Assembly: GCA_038203565.1 (NCBI GenBank)
Contig: JBBRDV010000022.1
Span: 1-19,261, forward strand
Reading direction: 5' to 3'
DNA from: Atribacterota bacterium
GTDB taxonomy: Bacteria > Atribacterota > Phoenicimicrobiia > Phoenicimicrobiales > Phoenicimicrobiaceae
DNA: 19,261 bases
Shown in pieces: positions 1 through 6,232 of this stretch. Every line of letters begins with the position of its first letter. The first letter of the stretch is position 1. The notes beneath the pieces were generated by a model that saw nothing but the letters and a program-made list of their open reading frames with translations, was not told where the DNA came from and made no database searches. The position numbers were made by a program, and so were the translations under genes.

Positions 1-99
1 TCAAAAAAATGTGCACCGTACAAAAAATTTCACAAAAAAAAACACTAAAAATTTAAAAAAAATTTTAATGCAAAATTTCGACACCTGACCCCTACACTT

Positions 100-549
100 T
101 TATAATTTTTTTAGGAGTTTGAAATTTTTATCTTTCAATATCTTTATTATTTTATTAGAGCTCTCTAAAACTTTAGGACTGACAGAACAGGAATAGTTTA
201 TAATTTTAGGCTGAATGCCGATGAAAATAAGTTCTTTTGCATATTCTTTCAGATAAGACATTAAAAAGGATAAAGGCATACTATGGGTAGTGAGATGCAG
301 GGCACTAATCCTATCAGGAGAGATTATTCTAAATTCACCAGATTTAAGGTCCATCTCCACAGCGTCGATAAGTACTACCAGATCAGGCTTATTTTTTTTA
401 ATGATTGAGGTAAAATTTTCAGGAACAACCGCACAGTCTATAGAAAGCCAATCACGATCTTTAAAACCCTGGGCGATAATTGATCCTATTCCATCATCAC
501 CTCGAAGTATGTTTCCAATGCCCATTAAAATATACTTTTTTGTATTCAT
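100..549 (-). CDS. hycI: Hydrogenase maturation endopeptidase, HycI/HyaD-HybD family
   Basis: 149 aa; N-terminal GIGNILRGDDGIG motif, VPENF, LIDAVEM..GE and TTHSMPLS motifs and FIGIQP typical of HycI-type proteases; AAGGA upstream on the minus strand. Confidence 0.88.
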   Translation of the reverse strand: MNTKKYILMGIGNILRGDDGIGSIIAQGFKDRDWLSIDCAVVPENFTSIIKKNKPDLVVLIDAVEMDLKSGEFRIISPDRISALHLTTHSMPLSFLMSYLKEYAKELIFIGIQPKIINYSCSVSPKVLESSNKIIKILKDKNFKLLKKL

Positions 550-565
550 ATTTTTTCCTTTAAAT

Positions 566-825
566 TAGTCGTTAATAATTAGTCGATAGTATATAGCATC
601 GCGTCAAAATACAGGAAAAATTAGTAGGGGCAGACCTTGTGTCTGCCCGTAATGAGTAAAGAATTTATATTTTTTTATTTTCTTCCTTGCGAAATACTAT
701 ATACTATCGACTATATACTATATTGACTGTTGACTGGTAAACTGGGAAACTGGAAAACTAATATTTTAACTGGTAAATACTAGAATGCGAGATACGAATT
801 ATTATTCACTAACGACTATTCACTA
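566..825. repeat. Nested inverted repeats built from degenerate 7-mer tandem units, plus 8-mer tandem units
   Basis: TAGTCGATAGTATATAG (580-596) is the exact reverse complement of CTATATACTATCGACTA (697-713); TAGTCGTTA (566-574) of TAACGACTA (810-818); 8-mers ACTGGTAA/ACTGGGAA/ACTGGAAA at 733-756. Confidence 0.85.
624..648 (+). repeat. GTAG-family REP-like palindrome
   Basis: GTAG (624-627) directly followed by an 8-bp perfect GC-rich stem GGGCAGAC/GTCTGCCC with a CTTGT loop, in AT-rich intergenic DNA. Confidence 0.7.
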
Positions 826-890
826 TTTTATGTTATCATAATAAAAAAAATTTAACAAATTGAATATTTATAAATTAAAAAAGAAAAAAA

Positions 891-917
891 GAAGGATTTT
901 AAAAATTTTTGTAGAAT
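891..917 (+). promoter_or_regulatory. Putative sigma-H-type promoter upstream of SPOR gene and rex
   Basis: GAAGGATTT-N11-GTAGAAT fits the Bacillus SigH consensus RNAGGAWWW-N11/12-RNNGAAT. Confidence 0.45.
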
Positions 918-1001
918 AATTAAAGTATATTAGTATATAATATAAAAAATACGATATTAACTTTTATCTATTCAAAAGTTAGTATAGGAGTATGATTTAA
1001 T

Positions 1002-1592
1002 ATGAGAAAAGCGAGTAGGATTTATAAGAGGAAAAGCAGAAGTAATCTGGAAACCTTTATTATCTTAATAGGCGCGATAATAATTTTGGGTGTGGCCTTT
1101 AATTTAGCCCGAGATAGGAGTTATATTCCCCCCGAAGAGCCGACCATTGTAGAAGAAGAGAAAGTAGAATCTCCGGTCATAAAAGTACCTGTTGTGCTAC
1201 CCCAAAAAGAAACAGTGGAAAGTATTGGGGAAAAGGAGAAATTTCCTGAGGAAGAAATAAAAAAAGAGATTACTTCAGAAGAGAAGCCGCCACTTACTGA
1301 GCCGAGCGTGATTAAAACTCCAAAAGTGGAAGCAGAAGTAGAAGTAGTAAAGGAATCTGAAGTAGTTTCAGATAAGAAGGTGTATACTGTTCAGGTAGGA
1401 GCTTTTTCGGCTGAACAAAATGCCCAAAATTTAGCTAAAGAGATAAGAGATAAAGGGTACCAGTCTTATGTAGTTAAAGGAAAAACCCTTTATAAAGTAC
1501 AGGTGGGGGAATTTAAAAGCCATGAGGAAGCCCAAAACATATCGCAAAAATTAAAAGAATCAGGGTACCCCATCTTTGTAACAACCAGATAA
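1002..1592 (+). CDS. SPOR-domain membrane protein (FtsN/DedD-like architecture)
   Basis: Basic N-terminal tail, one hydrophobic helix (FIILIGAIIILGVAF), Glu/Pro-rich linker, C-terminal SPOR repeats YTVQVGAF...YKVQVGEF; AGGAG RBS. Confidence 0.88.
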   Translation: MRKASRIYKRKSRSNLETFIILIGAIIILGVAFNLARDRSYIPPEEPTIVEEEKVESPVIKVPVVLPQKETVESIGEKEKFPEEEIKKEITSEEKPPLTEPSVIKTPKVEAEVEVVKESEVVSDKKVYTVQVGAFSAEQNAQNLAKEIRDKGYQSYVVKGKTLYKVQVGEFKSHEEAQNISQKLKESGYPIFVTTR

Positions 1593-1608
1593 GAAAAGGA
1601 AACATAGG

Positions 1609-2244
1609 TTGAAGAATAAGAGCATTCCTTCTATAGCTATCAATCGTTTATCTATTTACCATAGATGTTTGGAAAAAATTTTAGAAACAGAAAAAGGGAA
1701 AGAGTTAGAATTTATTTCTTCGTCTAGAATTGCGGCAATAACCGGTATAAATTCAGCACAAATTCGTAAAGACCTGGCTTATTTCGGAGAATTCGGTAAA
1801 AGAGGACTTGGATATCCTTTAATAGATCTTAATAGAGAATTAAAAAAGATATTAGGATTAGATAAAAAGTGGTCAGTTATCATTGCCGGAGCAGGGAATT
1901 TAGGTAAGGCCTTAGTAAAGTATAAAGGATTTTTAAAAAAGGGCTTTATCATCAGGGGAATTTTCGATAATAATCCCTCAAAAATTGGCAAGAAACTTGG
2001 CCATATTTTTATTTACGATATAAAAGAGATAGAAAAATTTATAAAGGCGAAAAATATAAATATTGGGATATTGGTAGTACCAGCTGATTCAGCCCAGGAA
2101 GTGGCGAATAAAATGGTTGCAGGTGGGATTCAAGCTATTTTAAATTTTGCCCCCGTCTATGTCGTATTATCCCCCGAAATTAAAATACATAATGTAGATC
2201 TATCCATTGAATTTGAAGGGTTGACATACTATTTATCTCAATGA
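1609..2244 (+). CDS. rex: Redox-sensing transcriptional repressor Rex
   Basis: RLSIYHRCL, QIRKDLAYFGEFGKRGLGY winged-helix motif, GAGNLG Rossmann motif, ILNFAP; TTG start with AAGGA RBS. Confidence 0.96.
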   Translation: MKNKSIPSIAINRLSIYHRCLEKILETEKGKELEFISSSRIAAITGINSAQIRKDLAYFGEFGKRGLGYPLIDLNRELKKILGLDKKWSVIIAGAGNLGKALVKYKGFLKKGFIIRGIFDNNPSKIGKKLGHIFIYDIKEIEKFIKAKNINIGILVVPADSAQEVANKMVAGGIQAILNFAPVYVVLSPEIKIHNVDLSIEFEGLTYYLSQ

Positions 2245-2250
2245 TATAAT
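2221..2250 (+). promoter_or_regulatory. sigma70/SigA promoter of the hydrogenase operon
   Basis: TTGACA (2221-2226)-N18-TATAAT (2245-2250) with extended -10 TG at 2242-2243. Confidence 0.85.
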
Positions 2251-2264
2251 ATTTTTGTTTTTTA

Positions 2265-2286
2265 ATTTGTGATAATTATCACAAAT
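2265..2286. promoter_or_regulatory. Rex operator
   Basis: Perfect 22-bp palindrome ATTTGTGATAATTATCACAAAT; core TTGTGA-TAATTA-TCACAA (2267-2284) matches the Rex box TTGTGAA-N4-TTCACAA at 12 of 14 positions; lies just downstream of the promoter and next to rex. Confidence 0.9.
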
Positions 2287-2377
2287 AATTAATAAGGATA
2301 AAAATCATATTTAACCTAGATGAAGAAAGATAACATAAAATAATATCTATAGATGCATTTTAAGAAAGGGGACTATT

Positions 2378-2728
2378 ATGAAAATTAAAGATTTAATTCG
2401 CGTTTTAGATGCGGAAGTTTTATGCGGTGAAGATTATTTAGGTCAAGAAATCACAGACTTTGACGCGAGTGATCTTTTAAGTGATATCTTAGCTTATTCC
2501 AAGGATGACTATATTCTCTTAACCGGTTTAACCTCTTTGCAAGTTGTCCGTACAGCTGAGTTAACTGGAGCTATTGCTATTGTTTTTGTGCGAGGCAAAC
2601 TGCCTCCTCAAGAAGCAATCGGTTTAGCTAAATCTCACCATATCCCCCTTTTAAAGACGGATAACCTGATGTTTGCCTCCTGTAGAAAAATTGTCGAGGA
2701 AATAATAAAAGAAGAGAAGAATAAATGA
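2378..2728 (+). CDS. DRTGG-domain protein
   Basis: 116 aa; ASDLLSDILA, ILLTGLTSLQVVRTAEL, AIVFVRGK motifs of hydrogenase-cluster DRTGG proteins. Confidence 0.85.
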   Translation: MKIKDLIRVLDAEVLCGEDYLGQEITDFDASDLLSDILAYSKDDYILLTGLTSLQVVRTAELTGAIAIVFVRGKLPPQEAIGLAKSHHIPLLKTDNLMFASCRKIVEEIIKEEKNK

Positions 2729-3675
2729 GTGCTAATTATTCCAAAGAAAAGTTAACTTTAGTTAATGAGCTGATTTACCAAATCAAAGTTAAAGAAGCTA
2801 TGTCTAAGAAAGTAATCTTTTTTAGGGAAAATACTACCTTCAGAGAAATTCAATTAAAACTTAAGGAGAAAAAATTTTCTGGAGTCCCTATCCTTGACAA
2901 CGGAAATAATATTGTAGGGATCGTAAGTATTGATGATATTATTACTGCCTTTGATAAGGGTTATGTAGATAATGAAATTTCTGATTATATGAGTAGAGAT
3001 GTAATTACCATACCTCAAAATTTTTCAGTAATTTCGGCAATCAATAGATTAGAAAAATTTAAGGTGGGGCGGCTTCCGGTTACAGAATCTTCAAATAGCA
3101 AAAAAATTGTAGGGGTAATAACTCTGAGTGATATTTTAAATAGATTGTTGGTTGTAGTTCAGTCAATTGCCGAAAAGGTGGAAGATAAAGAAATAAAGAA
3201 TACTCAAATTTCTCATGATTTAATTAAAAGTATTGTAAAAAAGCCGCTTCGCTTTGAAGTTAAGGGAGATGATTTTGACAACGCCGGCAGAGTGGCAAGT
3301 ATAATTAAAAAGTATTTTCAGAACCTGGGAATTAGTAAAGATATTATTCGTAGAATTGCTATTGTTTGCTATGAAGCCGAGATGAATATTTGTCTTCATT
3401 CCCTGGGAGGGAGTATGGCTATCGAGGTTAATAATGATAATAATGCGATAATTTATGCTCATGATAAAGGTCCTGGAATTCCAGATGTTGATCTTGCCTT
3501 AAAACCGGGATTTACCACAGCATCTGAAAAGATCAGGGCTTTGGGTTTTGGTGCCGGGATGGGGCTTCCCAATATTAAACGCTATGCCGATAAATTTGAG
3601 ATTGAATCTTCTTTAAAGACCGGAACAGAACTAAAAGCAATAATTAATTTGGGGGTAAAAAATGAAATTAAGTAA
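2725..3675 (+). CDS. CBS-pair fused to RsbT/anti-sigma-factor-type Ser/Thr kinase (HATPase_c)
   Basis: Two CBS motifs (FSGVPILD..IVGIVSIDDI; VGRLPV..IVGVITLSDIL), then GHKL boxes YEAEMNICLH, DKGPGIPD, GFTTA, GAGMGLPNIKR; ATGA overlap with upstream gene. Confidence 0.88.
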   Translation: MSANYSKEKLTLVNELIYQIKVKEAMSKKVIFFRENTTFREIQLKLKEKKFSGVPILDNGNNIVGIVSIDDIITAFDKGYVDNEISDYMSRDVITIPQNFSVISAINRLEKFKVGRLPVTESSNSKKIVGVITLSDILNRLLVVVQSIAEKVEDKEIKNTQISHDLIKSIVKKPLRFEVKGDDFDNAGRVASIIKKYFQNLGISKDIIRRIAIVCYEAEMNICLHSLGGSMAIEVNNDNNAIIYAHDKGPGIPDVDLALKPGFTTASEKIRALGFGAGMGLPNIKRYADKFEIESSLKTGTELKAIINLGVKNEIK

Positions 3676-4006
3676 AATAGTTAATAAATGCCAATTGGAA
3701 AAAATTGTTTTTTGTACTGACTGCGAAATTGAAAACGGTTATTGTGGAGATTTGATGTCTGATGTTATGGCACATGCTGAAGAAGAATGTATCTGGATTA
3801 CAATCCAGGCGCACAAGAATAGCATAGCGGTTGCCCTTATCAAAGATATTAAATCTATAGTATTTACCAATAATGTAACGGTTGAAAAAGAGGTAATTAA
3901 AAAAGCTGAAGAAGAAAAGATTAATTTACTCCGTACCCGTAAAGATTCTTTTACTGTGTGTGGAGAAATATATTGTATGATGGAGGCTGAAACTGCAAAG
4001 GATTGA
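3662..4006 (+). CDS. DRTGG-domain protein (second copy)
   Basis: 114 aa; GYCGDLMSDVMA, IWITIQAHKNSIAVA motifs. Confidence 0.83.
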   Translation: MKLSKIVNKCQLEKIVFCTDCEIENGYCGDLMSDVMAHAEEECIWITIQAHKNSIAVALIKDIKSIVFTNNVTVEKEVIKKAEEEKINLLRTRKDSFTVCGEIYCMMEAETAKD

Positions 4007-4715
4007 TTTACATATCCATTCTGCTCTTTCGGCTTGCGGTGATGATATTATGTCACCTCAGCTAATTTTAGAGCAGGCTGCTCAGAAAAAGCTTAATCTT
4101 ATATCTATTACTGATCATAATACTGTCGAGCATTCAATTTTAGCCTGCAAGCTGAGCGAAGATATGCCTATTCGAGTAATTCCCGGGGTGGAATTGACCA
4201 GTAGAGAAGAAGTCCATCTCTTAGCTTATTTCCCCAATATAGAAGCAATTTTAAAAATGGAAAAAGAAATAGATAACTATTTACCCGGGAAGAAAAATAA
4301 TTCCAGAGTTTTTGGGAACCAGCTATATTATAATCTCAATGGCGAAATTACCGGAATCGACGATGCCTTAAGACAGGTAGCTTTAAATATAGGATTAGAT
4401 AATCTGGTTGATTTTGTACACAGCATAGAAGGGATTGCCGTTCCTGCCCATATTGATAAAGCTAGATTTAGTTTACTTAGCCAATTGGGATTTTTGGATC
4501 CGGAAGCAGATTACGATGCTATAGAATTTTCTAAGTTCAAATGGAGAAGAGATAAATTTGAATTGGGTTATACCTGGAGCAGTTTTCCGGTAATAGCTGG
4601 TTCAGATAGCCATGGGGTTGAGGATATTGGGCTCTTTTTTATGGAAGACAACCAAGAGGAGATTAATAATTTTACATCTTTGAAAGATTTTTTAAGAAGA
4701 AGTAAACAGCAATGA
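3993..4715 (+). CDS. PHP-domain metal-dependent phosphoesterase (probable CTG start at 3993; first ATG at 4050)
   Basis: In-frame upstream extension reads QRIDLHIHSALSACGDDIMSP (first HxH motif); ITDHN, PGVEL..EEVHLL, PAHID, GSDSH motifs; GGAGG at 3982-3986. Confidence 0.85.
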   Translation: MQRIDLHIHSALSACGDDIMSPQLILEQAAQKKLNLISITDHNTVEHSILACKLSEDMPIRVIPGVELTSREEVHLLAYFPNIEAILKMEKEIDNYLPGKKNNSRVFGNQLYYNLNGEITGIDDALRQVALNIGLDNLVDFVHSIEGIAVPAHIDKARFSLLSQLGFLDPEADYDAIEFSKFKWRRDKFELGYTWSSFPVIAGSDSHGVEDIGLFFMEDNQEEINNFTSLKDFLRRSKQQ

Positions 4716-5266
4716 GAGATTTAGCAGATCATTTATTTGATGTTTTAGAAAATTCTGTAAAAGCTGGAGCTACAGAAGTAAAAATTATTTTAGGAATTAA
4801 GGATAAGCTTTTTTTTTGTAAAATAGTAGATAATGGTAGTGGAATTAAAGATGAAGACGTTACCGATCCTTTTGTAACCTCACGAAAGACCAGGAAGGTT
4901 GGTTTGGGACTCCCTCTTTTAAAGAGAGCAGCAGAAAGCACCGGTGGTTTCCTTAAAATATATAATTCAGAAAAAGGAGGGATTATTTTAGAATTCGAAA
5001 TGGATATGACCCATATTGATGCTAAACCTTTCGGAGATATAGCCAGAACATTTGTAGATGCTATCTACAGTTGGCCAGATGTTGATTTTGAGATATTTAC
5101 AAATATAGAGAATAATAAAAAATTCCCTATTCTTAATAGTAGAAAGATTAAAAATATAGTAAATCAGTATGAGATGCAGCAGAAGGAGATTAGGGATTTT
5201 ATTTATCAATCTATAGATCAGGAGCTTAGAAAAATAGGTATTGATAACCAGTTTGGTATATTGTAA
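4712..5266 (+). CDS. Stand-alone histidine-kinase-like GHKL ATPase
   Basis: N box DVLENSVKAGA, G1 DNGSGI, F box DPFVTSR, G2 VGLGLPLL, HIDAKPFGD; no recognisable sensor or DHp domain. Confidence 0.85.
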   Translation: MRDLADHLFDVLENSVKAGATEVKIILGIKDKLFFCKIVDNGSGIKDEDVTDPFVTSRKTRKVGLGLPLLKRAAESTGGFLKIYNSEKGGIILEFEMDMTHIDAKPFGDIARTFVDAIYSWPDVDFEIFTNIENNKKFPILNSRKIKNIVNQYEMQQKEIRDFIYQSIDQELRKIGIDNQFGIL

Positions 5267-5352
5267 TTTAAAGGAGTCTTTTGGATATTTTCACTAGATA
5301 AATATTTAATTTATTTTATTGTATCTAATATATAAAGATGAAGGAGAGAAAG

Positions 5353-5718
5353 ATGAAGAATTTAGAAGAATTAAAAAAAATTAGAGAGAGAGTAAGAAAA
5401 GATTTAGAATTACGTACCGGAAAGCATCGAATTAAGATTGTGGTTTGTCTGGGGACTTGTGGTATTGCTGCTGGAGCTCGAGAGACCATGAATACCCTTA
5501 TCGATCTTATTGCCAAGAACGATACTTCCGATACCATAGTAACCACAGCAGGGTGTGCAGGTTTTTGCGAACAGGAACCCATGATTCAGCTCTACATAGA
5601 AGACAAGGAGCCAGTTGTTTATGGAAAGGTTGATGCAAAAGCAGCCAAAGAAATATTTGAGAAACACGTTTTAAAAGGCGAAATTGTAGAAAAATATCTT
5701 TTTTCAAAGGGGAAGTAA
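5353..5718 (+). CDS. Thioredoxin-like [2Fe-2S] ferredoxin subunit (HndB/HydD-like)
   Basis: IVVCLGTCGIAAGARE...TAGCAGFCEQEPMI; AAGGAG at 5341-5346 favours the ATG at 5353 over 5338. Confidence 0.88.
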   Translation: MKNLEELKKIRERVRKDLELRTGKHRIKIVVCLGTCGIAAGARETMNTLIDLIAKNDTSDTIVTTAGCAGFCEQEPMIQLYIEDKEPVVYGKVDAKAAKEIFEKHVLKGEIVEKYLFSKGK

Positions 5719-5720
5719 TT

Positions 5721-6212
5721 ATGGGATGTCTTTGCAATGAAAAAGAACTTACTGATGAGCAAAAGTATAAACAACTCAAAGAATTTATTGATGAAAATAA
5801 AAATAAGAAAGGTTATTTAATACCGGTACTCCATACGGCGCAGGCAATATTTGGATATCTCCCGCCAGAAGTACAGAACTTTGTGGCTAAAGAGATGAAT
5901 ACCCCAGTGAGTGTAGTTACCGGAGTAGTTACTTTTTATTCTTATTTTAAGATTTTTCCAGCCGGCAGACACACAGTTACCGTATGTTTAGGAACAGCCT
6001 GCTACGTTCGAGGTGCGAAAAAAATATTAGAAGAACTTGAAAAAAAAATGGGCATAAAAATTGGAGAAACTACTGAAGATAGAAGGTTTTCTATGGGAGT
6101 GCAAAGATGTCTGGGGGCTTGTGGATTAGCTCCAGTTATTATGATCGATAAAGATGTCTACGGTCGGATGTCAGCAAAAAAATTAGATAAAATTTTAGAA
6201 CAATACAAATAG
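5721..6212 (+). CDS. nuoE: NuoE/HydC-like [2Fe-2S] subunit (NuoE-1)
   Basis: LIPVLHTAQAIFGYLP, VVTFYSYF, VCLGTACYVRG, RCLGACGLAPV. Confidence 0.93.
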   Translation: MGCLCNEKELTDEQKYKQLKEFIDENKNKKGYLIPVLHTAQAIFGYLPPEVQNFVAKEMNTPVSVVTGVVTFYSYFKIFPAGRHTVTVCLGTACYVRGAKKILEELEKKMGIKIGETTEDRRFSMGVQRCLGACGLAPVIMIDKDVYGRMSAKKLDKILEQYK

Positions 6213-6232
6213 ATAAGGCAGGGAATATTAAT

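Noticed and set aside
18..35. Possible Rex box ending in TTCACAA
   Set aside because: Only one half-site matches (GTACAAAAAATTTCACAA)
290..568. 92-aa plus-strand ORF
   Set aside because: Antisense shadow of hycI with no recognisable motif
566..825. CRISPR array or iterons
   Set aside because: Repeat units are 7-8 nt, degenerate and have no spacers; no cas or rep gene is present
841..858. Possible Rex box ending in TTAACAA upstream of the SPOR gene
   Set aside because: Half-site only, within a poly-A tract
5271..5301. AAGGAG followed by TTG mini-ORF (MDIFTR)
   Set aside because: Six codons with a 4-nt spacer; may be a relic start but cannot be supported
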